Positions 1-13,804 are shown, numbered from the stretch's first letter. The stretch: DNA of 32,000 bases from Polynucleobacter necessarius (GCF_900095195.1 NZ_LT606950.1:997207-1029206); one strand, 5' to 3'. Numbers and translations are program-made. Notes: generated by a model from the sequence alone, not told the origin.

Positions 1-163
1 GAACAATTTTGCGTACTGCACCCAAACCTTCAGAGTGCCCCACTACGCGAGGCATCATGCGCTTACTTGCCCAACGACCATTGCCATCCACGATGATTGC
101 CACATGGCGAGGGATAGCGGTGACCTCAGGTATAGATTGCGTCGAACTAAGGTGTTGGGTCAT
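1..163 (-). CDS. uppS: undecaprenyl-diphosphate synthase (cis-prenyltransferase), N-terminal ~54 codons; gene continues past the window start
   Basis: Manual minus-strand translation from the ATG at 163..161 gives [54 protein letters not shown]. It carries the HVAIIxDGNGRWA signature of UppS. The position downstream of frr is the conserved one. Confidence 0.85.
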   Translation of the reverse strand, partial: MTQHLSSTQSIPEVTAIPRHVAIIVDGNGRWASKRMMPRVVGHSEGLGAVRKIV

Positions 164-192
164 GTAATTAATCAAGTGAAAGCGAGCAGACC

Positions 193-753
193 TTAAACGG
201 TCATGATCTCTTTTTCTTTTTCAGAGATGATTTTGTCAATATCTACAACTACTTTATCCGTCATCTTCTGAATATCATCGGTTGCACGACGCTCTTCGTC
301 TTCAGAAATCTCTTTATCTTTCGTTAAGCGCTTGAGATGTTCGTTCGCATCACGACGCAGATTACGCACTGCGATCTTGGCATCTTCACCTTCACTCTTC
401 ACTACCTTTGTCAGCTCGCGACGACGCTCTTCCGTCAAGGCAGGCATCGGCACACGGATCACCGTTCCTTGCGAAGCAGGATTTAAACCTAAGTCGGAGT
501 CACGAATCGCTTTCTCAACCGCTGCAACCATGGTCTTCTCAAAAGGCTGAACATTGATCGTGCGAGCGTCGGCCAGACCCAAGCTAGCTACCTGACTTAA
601 TGACGTTGGATTACCGTAATACTCCACCTGAATATGCTCCAAGATGCCTGGGTTAGCGCGCCCAGAACGAATCTTTGCCAAATTGGATTTCAAAGCCTCT
701 AGAGACTTCTCCATTTTTTGCTGAGTGGTTGTTTTAATTTCTGCTGCAAACAT
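193..753 (-). CDS. frr: ribosome recycling factor
   Basis: The 186-aa ORF has a typical RRF sequence ([34 protein letters not shown]). The ATG is preceded by AGGAGG. It sits in the pyrH-frr-uppS order. Confidence 0.97.
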   Translation of the reverse strand: MFAAEIKTTTQQKMEKSLEALKSNLAKIRSGRANPGILEHIQVEYYGNPTSLSQVASLGLADARTINVQPFEKTMVAAVEKAIRDSDLGLNPASQGTVIRVPMPALTEERRRELTKVVKSEGEDAKIAVRNLRRDANEHLKRLTKDKEISEDEERRATDDIQKMTDKVVVDIDKIISEKEKEIMTV

Positions 754-764
754 CTGGCCTCCTA

Positions 765-1475
765 TTAAACGTGCACCAAAGTACCCTCAGACTCACCCTG
801 CACGACACGCATCAGCGCGCCTGGCTTGAGGATTGAAAATACTTTGATGGGTAATTTGCGATCACGGCACAAAGCAAAAGCCGTAGCGTCCATGACTTGT
901 AAGTTCTTAATTAATGCTTCATCAAAGGTGATGGTTTTATAAAGCGTCGCGCTGGGATCTTTTACCGGATCTGCGCTGTAAATGCCGTCCACTTTGGTTG
1001 CTTTGAGCATCACCTCTACACCCATTTCAGCGCCGCGCAGAGCGGCTGCGGTATCCGTAGTAAAGAACGGATTACCAGTACCTGCCGCAAAAATGACGAC
1101 CTTGCCTTCGCTTATGGCACGAATCGCACGAGGACGAATGTAAGGCTCAACTACTTGATCCATACGCAAGGCAGATTGCACACGCGCCTCAACGCCTTTT
1201 TGACGTAAAGCATCCTGTAATGCCAATGAGTTCATCATGGTGGCCAACATGCCCATGTAGTCTGCAGTAGCACGATCCATGCCCGCTGCGCCACCTGCAA
1301 CACCGCGGAAAATATTTCCGCCACCAATCACGATAGCCAGCTCTACGCCGCTATTTACGACTTGTGCAATCTCAGAAACCATGGAGTCAATGGTGACCGG
1401 ATTAATGCCAAAAGCATCATCCCCCATCAGGGCTTCACCAGATAATTTAAGGAGGACGCGTTTGTAGCCTGGCAT
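765..1475 (-). CDS. pyrH: UMP kinase
   Basis: [13 protein letters not shown] and the GGGNIFRG motif are present. The ORF track opens at a TTG (1499). The ATG at 1475..1473 gives the usual [17 protein letters not shown]-terminus. Confidence 0.95.
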   Translation of the reverse strand: MPGYKRVLLKLSGEALMGDDAFGINPVTIDSMVSEIAQVVNSGVELAIVIGGGNIFRGVAGGAAGMDRATADYMGMLATMMNSLALQDALRQKGVEARVQSALRMDQVVEPYIRPRAIRAISEGKVVIFAAGTGNPFFTTDTAAALRGAEMGVEVMLKATKVDGIYSADPVKDPSATLYKTITFDEALIKNLQVMDATAFALCRDRKLPIKVFSILKPGALMRVVQGESEGTLVHV

Positions 1476-1574
1476 ATTTTTATTTTCCGTAATTTGCAAA
1501 GTATTTTCGTACTTAGCTTATTGATCTTTAAGCACTTTTTAATATCTCCGCCAAATTATAAAGGGCTTGGGAAA

Positions 1575-1614
1575 GATCAAAGAAAAGGGCACAGAAACTA
1601 AGGTTTCTGTGCCC
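1575..1614 (-). terminator. rho-independent terminator downstream of tsf
   Basis: A perfect 12-bp stem GGGCACAGAAAC (1587..1598) pairs with GTTTCTGTGCCC (1603..1614) around a 4-nt loop. On the minus strand it is followed by TTTTCTTTG. Confidence 0.7.
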
Positions 1615-1659
1615 TTTCAGGTGCTATACGCATCTCGGGGACTTGCCCCAAAACGCTAA

Positions 1660-2544
1660 TTAAGCAGTTGCTTTAGAAGCTGCGGCAACCTGCGCTGCCA
1701 CTTCAGCCGCAAAGTCATCCTGACGCTTCTCGATGCCTTCGCCAACAACAAACATTGTGAATGCTTTCACATTGGTATTGGCAGCCTTAAGCATTTGCTC
1801 AACGGTTTGCTTGTCATTCTTGACGAAGGTTTGGTTCAACAAAGACACCTCTTTGAGGTACTTCTGAATAGAACCCTCAACCATCTTCTCGACAATTTCT
1901 GGTGGCTTACCAGATTCAGCAGCTTTTTGAACAGCAACACTACGCTCAACAGCAATCTTCTCAGCCGGCACATCCGCAGTAGAAAGCGCAACTGGTTTCA
2001 TGGCAGCAACGTGCATCGCCACATCTTTAGCAGCAACCTCATCACCATCAAACTCGACTACAACGCCAATACGGGTGCCGTGAAGATAAGAAACTAACTT
2101 ATTGCTACCAGCAAAACGCTTGAATCGACGCGGCATGATGTTCTCGCCGATCTTACCAATCAATGCGCTACGAACCTCATCCACTGTTTGACCGTTTAAA
2201 GGCAGTGCCAGTAAAGCAGCAACATCCGCAGGATTCTTTTCTGCAACCAACTTCACACAGTCATTTGCAAACGCCAAGAAATCATCGTTCTTAGAAACAA
2301 AGTCAGTTTCACAGTTCACTTCCAACAAAACACCGTTCGTGCCGTTGATAGAGACGGCAACAATACCCTCAGCGGTAACACGGGAAGCAGCTTTGCCAGC
2401 TTTACTTCCCAACTTGACACGCAGAATTTCTTCTGCACGAGCCATGTCACCATCAGCCTCAGTCAGAGCCTTTTTGCACTCCATCATCGGAGCATCTGTT
2501 TTGGCGCGTAACTCGCCAACCATTGCAGCGGTAATAGCGGCCAT
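1660..2544 (-). CDS. tsf: translation elongation factor Ts
   Basis: The 294-aa ORF has the N-terminal UBA-like [22 protein letters not shown] and the EF-Ts core. Its start overlaps the rpsB stop (TAATG at 2544). Confidence 0.97.
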   Translation of the reverse strand: MAAITAAMVGELRAKTDAPMMECKKALTEADGDMARAEEILRVKLGSKAGKAASRVTAEGIVAVSINGTNGVLLEVNCETDFVSKNDDFLAFANDCVKLVAEKNPADVAALLALPLNGQTVDEVRSALIGKIGENIMPRRFKRFAGSNKLVSYLHGTRIGVVVEFDGDEVAAKDVAMHVAAMKPVALSTADVPAEKIAVERSVAVQKAAESGKPPEIVEKMVEGSIQKYLKEVSLLNQTFVKNDKQTVEQMLKAANTNVKAFTMFVVGEGIEKRQDDFAAEVAAQVAAASKATA

Positions 2545-3293
2545 TATTCAGCTTTCCCTTCTTCAACAAACTCGTCTTCGCCTTCTTTAACGGCAGTCAA
2601 CACTTCTTGAACAGCGTTTGCGCGACCTTCCAAGATTGCATCAGCGATACCACGTGCGTAGAGGGTTACAGCTTTGCTAGAGTCATCGTTACCTGGGATG
2701 ATGTAGTCCACACCCTCTGGAGAGTGGTTGGTATCCACTACAGCAATCACTGGAATGCCCAGCTTGTTCGCCTCGGTAATAGCAATTTTGTGATAACCAA
2801 CGTCCACCACGAAAATTGCATCTGGAATGCCATTCAATTCTTTGATACCGCCAAGTGCTTTTTGCAACTTATCGAGTTCGCGATCGTTTGTTAATGCTTC
2901 TTTCTTTGAAAGCTTTTCCCAGTCGCCCGCTTCTTTAGCAACTTCCATGTCTTTCAAATGCTTGAGAGAACCTTTAACGGTTTTAAAGTTGGTGAGCGTG
3001 CCACCCAACCAACGGCTGTCGATATACGGCATACCAGCACGAGTTGCTTCTTCAGCAATAATCTCGCGAGATTGACGCTTTGTGCCAACAAATAAAATCG
3101 TGCCACGATTTGCAGCAACTTGTTTTGCAAATTTCAGGGCGTCCTGAAACATTGGCAATGTTTTTTCCAAGTTGATGATGTGGATCTTATTGCGATGACC
3201 GAAAATGAAAGGGGCCATCTTTGGGGACCAGAAACGTGTTTGGTGGCCAAAATGGCAGCCGGCTTCCAGCATTTGACGCATCGTTACTGACAT
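2544..3293 (-). CDS. rpsB: 30S ribosomal protein S2
   Basis: The 249-aa ORF begins [26 protein letters not shown], the canonical S2 N-terminus. AGGAG lies 5 nt upstream of the ATG. Confidence 0.97.
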   Translation of the reverse strand: MSVTMRQMLEAGCHFGHQTRFWSPKMAPFIFGHRNKIHIINLEKTLPMFQDALKFAKQVAANRGTILFVGTKRQSREIIAEEATRAGMPYIDSRWLGGTLTNFKTVKGSLKHLKDMEVAKEAGDWEKLSKKEALTNDRELDKLQKALGGIKELNGIPDAIFVVDVGYHKIAITEANKLGIPVIAVVDTNHSPEGVDYIIPGNDDSSKAVTLYARGIADAILEGRANAVQEVLTAVKEGEDEFVEEGKAE

Positions 3294-3560
3294 AACTTCT
3301 CCTAAGGGTTGGTTCTAAAGTTGAGTCCTAGCTGCGCTAAAAAACGCCACCCTGGAAGACTCAACTCGCGATTTCAGGCCCAAAATAGACCAGAGACCAA
3401 ATTATAGCTTAAATATCAATGCTCTAGCCAGGGCTGACGTGGTCTAGACGTCACTGCGACAAAGCAATTTCGGGCTTAGAGGCCCAAATTTCGTGAATGT
3501 TGCTTAATGTTTAGGCAAATGAACTCTGCCAAATGCATCCAAGCCGTTGATAATCAAGGC

Positions 3561-4397
3561 ATGAATAGCGTATTTACTGCAGAGAAAGATATCCTTGGGA
3601 TGCGAGACGCTGGCCGCTTGGCAAGCGAAGTTTTGGACCATGTAGCGCCCCATGTCAAAGCCGGCGTCACCACGGGTGAACTGGATCGCATTTGCCATGA
3701 ATACATGTGCGATATCCAACAAACTATTCCTGCTCCACTTAACTATCAACCCCCGGGTTACCCACCCTTTCCAGCATCCATTTGCACCTCAGTGAATGAT
3801 GTAATCTGCCACGGCATTCCTGGGGACAAAGTTCTCAAAAACGGTGATGTAGTCAATCTAGACATTACTGTCATTACACAAGATGGTTATTACGGCGATA
3901 CCAGTCGCACGTTTATGGTTGGTGAAGTCTCCGTAATGGCAAAACGACTTACCCAAATTACATTCGAATGTATGTGGCTGGGGATTGCCCAAGTTAAACC
4001 GGGTGCATCCCTAGGTGACATTGGTCACGTGATTCAAACGCATGCTGAAAAAGCTGGTTACTCTGTTGTGCGAGAATACTGCGGTCATGGAATTGGCAAG
4101 GTGTTTCATCAAGATCCCCAAATTCTTCATTACGGTCGACCCGGCGCCGGTGAAAAATTAGAAGCAGGCATGACTTTTACGATTGAACCCATGATTAACG
4201 CTGGCAAACGCGATATTCGCACCATGCCCGATCAATGGACTGTTAAGACCAAAGACCGCAGCCTCTCTGCGCAATGGGAGCACACTCTATTAGTGACGCA
4301 AACGGGTGTTGAGGTATTAACTTGGTCTGAGGGTAGCAATCCACCGCCAGATTGCGTCAAAGGTTTGAACTTCAGACCATCTTCTATTGCCGCCTAA
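3561..4397 (+). CDS. map: type I methionine aminopeptidase
   Basis: The sequence runs [15 protein letters not shown]...ICHGIP...VNLDITV...YCGHGIG...FTIEP...WEHT and includes the metal-ligand residues. The ORF opens at 3507. The ATG at 3561 gives the N-terminal length usual for Map. Confidence 0.9.
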   Translation: MNSVFTAEKDILGMRDAGRLASEVLDHVAPHVKAGVTTGELDRICHEYMCDIQQTIPAPLNYQPPGYPPFPASICTSVNDVICHGIPGDKVLKNGDVVNLDITVITQDGYYGDTSRTFMVGEVSVMAKRLTQITFECMWLGIAQVKPGASLGDIGHVIQTHAEKAGYSVVREYCGHGIGKVFHQDPQILHYGRPGAGEKLEAGMTFTIEPMINAGKRDIRTMPDQWTVKTKDRSLSAQWEHTLLVTQTGVEVLTWSEGSNPPPDCVKGLNFRPSSIAA

Positions 4398-4401
4398 TTT
4401 C

Positions 4402-6999
4402 ATGGGTCAGTCTTTAGTAGTTAACACGATTACAGATGCGGTTACTCTTCGTGCCGCTCGAGAGAAGGCGTATATCGAGTTTAAAAGTTCGCAAGCTGTT
4501 GGAAAACTGACCAAGCAACTTTCCAAGTTAACCGACCATTTGCTGTCGCATCTTTGGCAAGAATGCGGGCTTAATAATGAGGCTACTCTAGTTGCTGTTG
4601 GGGGCTATGGCAGAGGCGCGCTCTTTCCCTACTCTGATATTGATATCCTCATCTTGCTTCCAGCCAAGATCAAGACTGCCGAATCACTGTCAAAACGCGT
4701 AGAACAATTTGTTGCCCGTTGTTGGGATACGGGCCTGGAAATTGGCTCCTCGGTCAGAACGGTTGCAGAGTGCATCTCTGAATCGGAACAAGACATCACT
4801 GTTCGCACATCGCTATTAGAGGCACGCTTACTTTGCGGCCAACAGAAACTGTTTAAAGAGTTTTCCGTTGCATATGAAGCAGCCATGGGTCCTAAGAACT
4901 TCTTTCAAGCAAAGTTAGCCGAGCAAATTCAGCGGCATTACAAATACCAAAATACCCCCTACTCTTTAGAGCCTAATTGCAAAGAGAGTCCGGGCGGATT
5001 GAGGGATCTGCAAGTAATCTCCTGGGTCAGCAAGGCGGCATTGCTTGGAAATACCTTTAAAGATCTCAATGAAGTAGGTCTTGTCACACAGCGAGAGTTA
5101 ACTGAGCTCAATCGCAATCAGCGTTTTTTGGAAACGCTTCGAACCAACCTCCATTTGCTCGCGGGAAGACGTCAAGATGTCATCGCATTTGACTTGCAAG
5201 CACCTCTTGCACAGTCCATGGGCATCGAGACCGACTCATCCCGCCAAGCAAGCGAAGCCATCATGCGTCGTTATTACTGGGCAGCTAAAGCGGTTACCCA
5301 ACTCAATGATGTTCTCTTACAAAATATTGAGGCTTTGCTGTTTCCACAGGAATCGAAAACGATTTTGCCCATTCCAGGCGAAGGCAATGCTCATTTTGTT
5401 GAGCGTCAGGGCGTACTCGATATTTCTGACCCCCAGCTTTTTCAAAAGCATCCCGAACAAATTTTGAGGACCTTCTTGGTATTTGCCAAAACACCAAGTG
5501 TGAAGAGTCTTTCAGCAACGATTTTTAGAGCGCTCTACAACGCTCGTCAAAAGATGGATGCCAAATGGCGCTCCAATCCGATTAATCGGGCTTTATTCAT
5601 GGAAATTCTCCAGCAACCAGAGGGTGTTAGCCGAGCATTTCAACTCATGAATCGAAGCAGCGTGCTTGGACGTTACCTGCCCGCATTTAGAAAAATTGTG
5701 GGCCAAATGCAGCATGACCTGTTCCACGTCTATACGGTTGATCAGCATATCTTGATGGTCTTGCGCAATGTACGTCGCTTTATGACGCTTGAGCATACTC
5801 ATGAGTTCCCCTACTGCAGCAGTTTGATTGCGCACTTTGAAAAGCCTTGGCTCATTGTGATTGCAGCACTCTTTCATGACATTGCCAAAGGACGTGGTGG
5901 AGATCACTCACAACTTGGCAAAGCTGATATGCGTAAGTTTGCCAAGGAACATGGTCTCGATAAGAAAGACACTGAATTATTGGCTTGGCTCGTTGCAGAG
6001 CATCTCAATATGAGCCAGGTTGCTCAAAAGCAAGACATCACCGACCCAGATGTCGTGCGTGCCTTTGCCAAGAAGATGGGGGACGAACGTCATTTAACAG
6101 CTTTGTACCTGCTAACAGTGGCCGACGTTCGTGGCACCAGCCCTAAAGTGTGGAACGCTTGGAAAGGCAAGTTGTTAGAGGATCTCTATCGCGCAACACT
6201 GAGAGTTCTGGGTGGAGCAAAACCCGATGCTTCTTCAGAGTTGGCACAGCTTCAAGAAGAATCGAGAGCAAAACTGCGTCTCTATGGAATCAATGATGAG
6301 TCCTATGAAGATCTTTGGAAACAGCTGGATGTTGCGTTCTTTTTGCGACAGGATTCTTCCGATATTGCCTGGCTGACGCGCCATCTCTATAACAAGGTCA
6401 CCAGTGACCAGCCGATCGTGAGAGCGCGACTTTCGCCGATTGGTGAGGGCTTGCAAGTAGCGGTTTATATTAAAGATCAGGAAGATCCATTCGCCAGAAT
6501 TTGTGCCTATTTTGAGCGACATGGTTTCTCAATCTGGGATGCACGCATTCATACTACCCGCCATGGCTACGCGTTGGATACCTTCCAAATCTCTGGCAGT
6601 AACTTAGTCGATGGAGGTGGCAGGTATCGCGACATCATTCAATTAGTAGAATTTGAACTCACGGCAGCTCTCACGAATGCTGAGCCATTACCGAAACCTA
6701 GCATGGGGCGCCTCTCAAGACAGTCGCGGACGTTCCCGATTCAACCGCGTGTTCACATGGTTCCAGACGATCGTGGACGCTATTACACGCTTGCGCTATC
6801 AGCGAGCGACCGCACCGGGCTGCTGTGCACCATCTCTCGGGTATTGGCAAAACATCAGGTATCAATCCATAGCGCCAGAATTAACACTCTTGGTGAGCGA
6901 GTTGAGGATGTTTTGCTGCTAGACGCTGCCAACTTGGGCAAGAATCCTAAATTACAGATTCAACTAGAGACAGAGTTACTTGAGGCTCTAAGCGCTTAA
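4402..6999 (+). CDS. glnD: bifunctional [protein-PII] uridylyltransferase/uridylyl-removing enzyme
   Basis: The ORF is about 865 aa. It has the nucleotidyltransferase motif [19 protein letters not shown], the HD domain [13 protein letters not shown] and two C-terminal ACT-like repeats. The track start at 4387 is a TTG. The first ATG is at 4402. Confidence 0.93.
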   Translation: MGQSLVVNTITDAVTLRAAREKAYIEFKSSQAVGKLTKQLSKLTDHLLSHLWQECGLNNEATLVAVGGYGRGALFPYSDIDILILLPAKIKTAESLSKRVEQFVARCWDTGLEIGSSVRTVAECISESEQDITVRTSLLEARLLCGQQKLFKEFSVAYEAAMGPKNFFQAKLAEQIQRHYKYQNTPYSLEPNCKESPGGLRDLQVISWVSKAALLGNTFKDLNEVGLVTQRELTELNRNQRFLETLRTNLHLLAGRRQDVIAFDLQAPLAQSMGIETDSSRQASEAIMRRYYWAAKAVTQLNDVLLQNIEALLFPQESKTILPIPGEGNAHFVERQGVLDISDPQLFQKHPEQILRTFLVFAKTPSVKSLSATIFRALYNARQKMDAKWRSNPINRALFMEILQQPEGVSRAFQLMNRSSVLGRYLPAFRKIVGQMQHDLFHVYTVDQHILMVLRNVRRFMTLEHTHEFPYCSSLIAHFEKPWLIVIAALFHDIAKGRGGDHSQLGKADMRKFAKEHGLDKKDTELLAWLVAEHLNMSQVAQKQDITDPDVVRAFAKKMGDERHLTALYLLTVADVRGTSPKVWNAWKGKLLEDLYRATLRVLGGAKPDASSELAQLQEESRAKLRLYGINDESYEDLWKQLDVAFFLRQDSSDIAWLTRHLYNKVTSDQPIVRARLSPIGEGLQVAVYIKDQEDPFARICAYFERHGFSIWDARIHTTRHGYALDTFQISGSNLVDGGGRYRDIIQLVEFELTAALTNAEPLPKPSMGRLSRQSRTFPIQPRVHMVPDDRGRYYTLALSASDRTGLLCTISRVLAKHQVSIHSARINTLGERVEDVLLLDAANLGKNPKLQIQLETELLEALSA

Positions 7000-7008
7000 T
7001 CAAAAGCG

Positions 7009-9033
<2,025 letters not shown>

Positions 9034-9124
9034 CTAGCTAAAGAGTCTGCTAGCGGTACTCGAACCAGCAGGGACGCCAGATCGCTCGAGATTGGCGTAA
9101 AGCCCATCTAGGTGTTGGCGAATA

Positions 9125-10089
9125 CTAATCGACCGCACCTTCACTTAGGTTAATGCCATTGTCATCTACCAGACGTCCGTTGGCGGCTTGGGCAATCTCG
9201 ACACCTTCAGCCAGCATTCTTTCAAAAGCGCGTTCTTCTTGCGCGACCAACGGAACTTCTAGCAACAAGGTAAGTTGAGTCACTGGCTTGCTGGGATCAA
9301 GATCAGTGCTGTTAAATATCAAGTTTCCATTGCTATAAAACTCGTATTGCCTACCACTGCGTGCTAATTTAAAGCCACGCTGACGCATGAGCGCATCAAA
9401 ATTACCCCAAGGGCATGACTCATCAAATAAGACATTGATACTCAGTTGAATATCGCTCTCAGCAGCCATAGCATCGAGTTCTTTAGCGCTCTTAAGCATG
9501 GTATTTACGCTTGGCATATCAATTTGGGAGCCTAAGGTATCCGCTAAGGCCTGCGCACGGGATCAGAAATCCGACAACTCAATCACGCCAATAGGGCCCC
9601 GACGACTGGCCAACTGAATGGCCAACTGCAAATCTGAATAACGTGAATCTGGGTGTAACTCTTCCCAGTCTTCTGCCACATCAATATTGGCATTTAAACT
9701 CTCACAGCTCCAGCGCGCAGCAGATGTAGTCTGTAAATCATTCCAAGTATTGATCTCTTCCAGAATTTCAGCACCACCAATGCTCTCGTCAAAACGCAAT
9801 GTGATGACGCAATCAATACGAGGGTCAATCGTAAACTTTTCTGGCGCAGTATTCACCGTTAAGGAAGCATCACCGAAACCAGGCTCAGTGCGCCCACTCG
9901 TATCGGCATCGGCAAATCCTTGACCAAAACTGGGCTCACGAGCGGAGCGCTCATCCGCAAAAAGTTTTGCTCTTTTGCCTTACGACGAGCGCGCGAATAC
10001 TTGAAATTGATAAAGGCTACGGATACCAAAATCAGCAGTCCAATGACCGCCAATGCGAATTGCAAATTAGACAAACCCAACATCGTCAT
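9125..10089 (-). pseudogene. zipA: cell division protein ZipA, disrupted by one frameshift and one in-frame TGA
   Basis: Three consecutive minus-strand ORFs cover the locus. 10107..9859 has an N-terminal TM helix LQFALAVIGLLILVSVAFINF followed by RARRKAKEQ. 9856..9563 and 9517..9125 hold the ZipA C-terminal-domain-like sequence (LLLEVPLV...RAFERMLAEGVEIAQAANGRLVDDNG). The last two share one frame and are separated only by the TGA at 9565..9563. The smc-zipA-ligA synteny is conserved in beta/gammaproteobacteria. Confidence 0.75.
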
Positions 10090-10107
10090 GATTTGTTCTA
10101 CGTACAC

Positions 10108-13100
10108 TTAGGCGGCCTCCACCATTGACACAGCAGATGCAATATCCACTGCCACAATTCTGGAGACGCCCTGCTCTTGCATGGTGACGCCAATCAACTG
10201 ATGTGCAATTTCCATTGTGATCTTGTTGTGCGAAATAAATAGGAACTGGGTCTTATCTGCCATTTTGGCAACGAGTTGCGCATAGCGCAAGGTATTCGCA
10301 TCATCCAATGGTGCATCCACCTCGTCCAGCAAGCAGAATGGTGCGGGATTTAATAAGAAGAGTGAGAACACTAGGGCAATCGCGGTCAACGCCTTCTCTC
10401 CGCCTGAGAGCAGATAAATGCTGCTATTTTTCTTGCCAGGCGGCTGCGCCATCACTTGGACGCCAGAATCCAAAATTTCTTCTCCGGTCATGACCAGCTC
10501 GGCATGTCCACCACCAAACAATTCTGGGAACAGTTTGCCGAAGTGTCCATTAACCTGATCAAAGGTTCCTTGCAATAAGTCGCGGATTTCTGCATCAATC
10601 TTCGCAATCGCATCAGTCAAGGTTTGCATAGCTTCATTCAAGTCAGCCGATTGCGCATCCAAGAACTGTTTACGCTCTCGAGAACTTGCCAACTCATCCA
10701 AGGCTGCCATATTGACTGGACCCAGAGACTGAATTTCACTATTGAGGCGATTTACCTCGGATTGCAAAGCACCCACTTTTAGATCTGGACTAAAGTTAGC
10801 CTCTAAAGCGGTTAAATCGGCTTCAGCATCTGATAGTAGCATTGCAAATTGCTCGTAATTCAGGCGAGCAGCTTGTTCACGTAACCGCAAATCTACTACT
10901 TTGTCGCGCATTGGCTGCAAGCTTCGCTCAATCTGCATGCGCGCTTCATCCGCTTCACGCAGTTGATGCAGTAATGCATCTTGTTCTGTGCGGGCATTAG
11001 CCAGCGCAGCTTCACGTGCACTACGCGCCAATAACAATCCCTGAAGCTTCTCTTGCGCTTCCTCATCACTCAGCGAGGCCAACTCTTGAGTAGCCTGATC
11101 ATGCTTATCCTGAATCTCCATGATCTGAGTACGAGCCGTACTTTGATCGCGTTGCAAATCAGCAATACGTTGTTGCAAAGCGCGGGTAGCAAATGCTGCC
11201 TCTTGTGCCGCCATCTCAGCAACTCGCAATGCTTCGCGCAAACGATCGCGCTCGAGCGTGCTGGTTTCTAATGTCTGCTGGGCTGCAGTCAGCGCATCCA
11301 GAAGACCCTGCTTAGCTTGTTCAGACTGGGCGACGTCGTCCGTAGATTGCTCTTGATTTACCGCTAATTGCTCAATTTGTTGGCGCAACTCACTCAATTC
11401 ATTCTGAATTTGTGCAGCACGCTGATTGTATTGCTCTTCAGCCTGCGTTAACTGCATTCTTTCGACTTCAAAACCATGCGCTTCTTGAACTGCTTGCTCG
11501 GCAGAAATGCGCGCTTGTTCGGCAACCTGATGTGCAGCTTGATAATTGGCGACACACTGATCTAGCTCACCTTGCAACTCGCTTTGCATTAGCTTTTGCG
11601 CACGCAATTGCTTCTCTAGACTTTCCATCTCCTGAGCGCGCGCTAACATACCCGCTTGCTCTGAGTCAGCAGCATAAAGCTGCACACCCACACGACTAAC
11701 TAAATGCCCTTGTTGCGTTACAAAAGCACCGCCTGCAGGTAACTTCTCACGACGGTGCAAGGCATCCTCTAGGCTAGAGGCGATGTATATATTGTCCAAC
11801 CACTCTTGCAGTACGGATGTGAGTCTTGGAGCGCCAGCACTTTGAACACGACTTAATAGCGGTGTGAAATCCGCAGGAGCTGAAGTATGCGCAGGACTAA
11901 TTTCCTCTGTCAGCAAAATGGCCAGACGACTTGGAGGCGCATCGTTCGCCAACGCCAGGGTCTCTTGCACACTCTTCGCAGTTACGGCAGCCAAGCGCTC
12001 ACGCAAAACAGACTCTAACGCAGCCTCCCAACCACTCTCAACTTTGAGCTCCTGCCAAAGGCGTTTACTTTCTTTTAGACCCTTGTTTTCTAGCCATGGT
12101 CCAATTTTGCCTTGCGCCTGTACACTCGCTTGTAGAGCAGTTAAGGCAGTCAGCTTCGCTTCGGTTTGTGCCAACTCTTGATTGGCTGTTTGGATTTTTT
12201 GTTGGGCAGTGTTACGCGCCTCATCCGCTGCTGGAACACGTTGCTGCGTTTCACTAGCGCGTTGCTTGATTTCTTCAACCTTACGCTGTGCCATGGCTTG
12301 ACGGTCAATCGCCATTTGCAACGCTTGGGCATCCGGCCTACGCATTCCCTCTAACTCACCGGTTAAGCGTGATTCGCGCCCTTTCAACTCATCTGACTGC
12401 GCAGACAAGGCGCGCATACGCTCACCTAAACTCGCCAATCGTTGTTCAATCGCAGCCAAACTATCGCGTGCCGCATTAAGGTCTCGTGAGGCGGATTGAT
12501 AGCTTTCTTCACGACTAGGCATTTGTTCTTGTAAGCCGGTCAAATTTGCCAACAAGGATTGTTCTTTTGCAGCAGCCTCACTTAACTCATGCTCCGCTGT
12601 GCGTTGCGCTTGCGCTGCATCCGTTTCTTGCACTGTCCAACGTTGTAATTGTGCTTGCAAATCTTGTGTTTGTTGCTGCAAACGCTGACGCGCTTCTTGT
12701 ACGTAATGAATCTGAGATTCAACCTGACTCACATCTGAATTGGTTTGATACAACTCGCCTTGAGCCTCTGAAACTTTGTCTTGCAATGCATATTGTTGAG
12801 TACGCATTGTTTCGAGCTCTGCCTCTGCATGGCGCAGCTTTGCTGTCTGCTCTTCAAGGCCTACTTGAGTGTTCCGAATGCCGTTTGCATGGCGCTCTTG
12901 CTCTTTGCCGACCTCAGTCTGACGCACAAACCACAACAACTGTTGCTGCGATTTCATTTGCGTAGAGAGTTCAGCGTGACGCTCTGCGACGGTCGCCTGC
13001 TTCTCCAAGCGAGTTAGCTGTTGATCTAACTCACGCAAGATATCTTCCACCCGCGTTAAGTTCTCAACCGCATCCTCTAAACGCGCTGCAGTTTCTTTGC

Positions 13101-13629
13101 GACGCTCCTTGTATTTAGAAACACCTGCAGCTTCTTCTAAGAACACGCGCAATTCTTCGGGTTTTGCTTCTAAGATGCGATTGATGGTTCCTTGACCGAT
13201 GATGGCGTAACCTCTTGGACCCATACCAGTGCCCAAGAAAATATCTTGAATATCTTTACGGCGCACTACTTGATTGTTGACGTAATAACTAGAGTTACCA
13301 TCACGCGTCAACACACGTTTAATACCCAATTCTGTAAAGGCGCTCCATTGGCCTTGCGCGCGTCCTTCAGAATTATCAAAAATAAGTTCTACGCTGGCTC
13401 GACCCGATGGCTTACGTAATCCAGAACCATTAAAAATCACGTCCTGCATAGACTCGCCACGCAACTCACTGGCGCGTGACTCACCTAAAACCCAACGCAC
13501 TGCGTCAATAATGTTCGACTTTCCGCACCCGTTGGGACCCACAACACCAATGAGCTGGCCAGGCATTCCAAAATGGGTGGGATCGACGAAAGACTTAAAG
13601 CCGGAAAGTTTGACGGATTTCAGTTGCAC
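10108..13629 (-). CDS. smc: chromosome segregation protein SMC
   Basis: The 1173-aa ORF has Walker A GPNGCGKSN, long coiled coils with a central hinge, the signature LSGGEKALTAIAL and Walker B FCLLDEVDAPLD. The start codon is a GTG. Confidence 0.95.
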   Translation of the reverse strand: MQLKSVKLSGFKSFVDPTHFGMPGQLIGVVGPNGCGKSNIIDAVRWVLGESRASELRGESMQDVIFNGSGLRKPSGRASVELIFDNSEGRAQGQWSAFTELGIKRVLTRDGNSSYYVNNQVVRRKDIQDIFLGTGMGPRGYAIIGQGTINRILEAKPEELRVFLEEAAGVSKYKERRKETAARLEDAVENLTRVEDILRELDQQLTRLEKQATVAERHAELSTQMKSQQQLLWFVRQTEVGKEQERHANGIRNTQVGLEEQTAKLRHAEAELETMRTQQYALQDKVSEAQGELYQTNSDVSQVESQIHYVQEARQRLQQQTQDLQAQLQRWTVQETDAAQAQRTAEHELSEAAAKEQSLLANLTGLQEQMPSREESYQSASRDLNAARDSLAAIEQRLASLGERMRALSAQSDELKGRESRLTGELEGMRRPDAQALQMAIDRQAMAQRKVEEIKQRASETQQRVPAADEARNTAQQKIQTANQELAQTEAKLTALTALQASVQAQGKIGPWLENKGLKESKRLWQELKVESGWEAALESVLRERLAAVTAKSVQETLALANDAPPSRLAILLTEEISPAHTSAPADFTPLLSRVQSAGAPRLTSVLQEWLDNIYIASSLEDALHRREKLPAGGAFVTQQGHLVSRVGVQLYAADSEQAGMLARAQEMESLEKQLRAQKLMQSELQGELDQCVANYQAAHQVAEQARISAEQAVQEAHGFEVERMQLTQAEEQYNQRAAQIQNELSELRQQIEQLAVNQEQSTDDVAQSEQAKQGLLDALTAAQQTLETSTLERDRLREALRVAEMAAQEAAFATRALQQRIADLQRDQSTARTQIMEIQDKHDQATQELASLSDEEAQEKLQGLLLARSAREAALANARTEQDALLHQLREADEARMQIERSLQPMRDKVVDLRLREQAARLNYEQFAMLLSDAEADLTALEANFSPDLKVGALQSEVNRLNSEIQSLGPVNMAALDELASSRERKQFLDAQSADLNEAMQTLTDAIAKIDAEIRDLLQGTFDQVNGHFGKLFPELFGGGHAELVMTGEEILDSGVQVMAQPPGKKNSSIYLLSGGEKALTAIALVFSLFLLNPAPFCLLDEVDAPLDDANTLRYAQLVAKMADKTQFLFISHNKITMEIAHQLIGVTMQEQGVSRIVAVDIASAVSMVEAA

Positions 13630-13717
13630 AGCGTACTTTGCAGGGAAAAGAGGGGTTTAAATTAAAGGGATAAACATTACATCGAAAGTGGGAAGATGAT
13701 AGCAAGCTTGAGGCTAC

Positions 13718-13747
13718 TTAGACGCTTTTTTGCCCCATCGATATAAT
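13718..13747 (+). promoter_or_regulatory. candidate sigma70 promoter for dapD
   Basis: The -35 element is TTAGAC (13718..13723). An 18-nt spacer separates it from a perfect -10 TATAAT (13742..13747), about 58 nt upstream of the dapD ATG. This rests on pattern only. Confidence 0.35.
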
Positions 13748-13804
13748 GATAAATCTACCTCTTGGGACAAAATCCCTTAACAATCTAATAGTTAACTAAA
13801 AAGC

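Noticed and set aside
10108-13629. Many 60-140-aa ORFs antisense to or overlapping smc (for example 11412..11699, 11864..12181, 12546..12965). Similar ones lie inside ligA, glnD, dapD, dapE, radA and kup.
   Set aside because: Each lies wholly within a long, motif-supported gene on the opposite strand or in another phase. None has recognisable motifs or an RBS. The repetitive Ala/Gln/Glu/Leu codon usage of the coiled-coil region produces long open antisense frames by chance.
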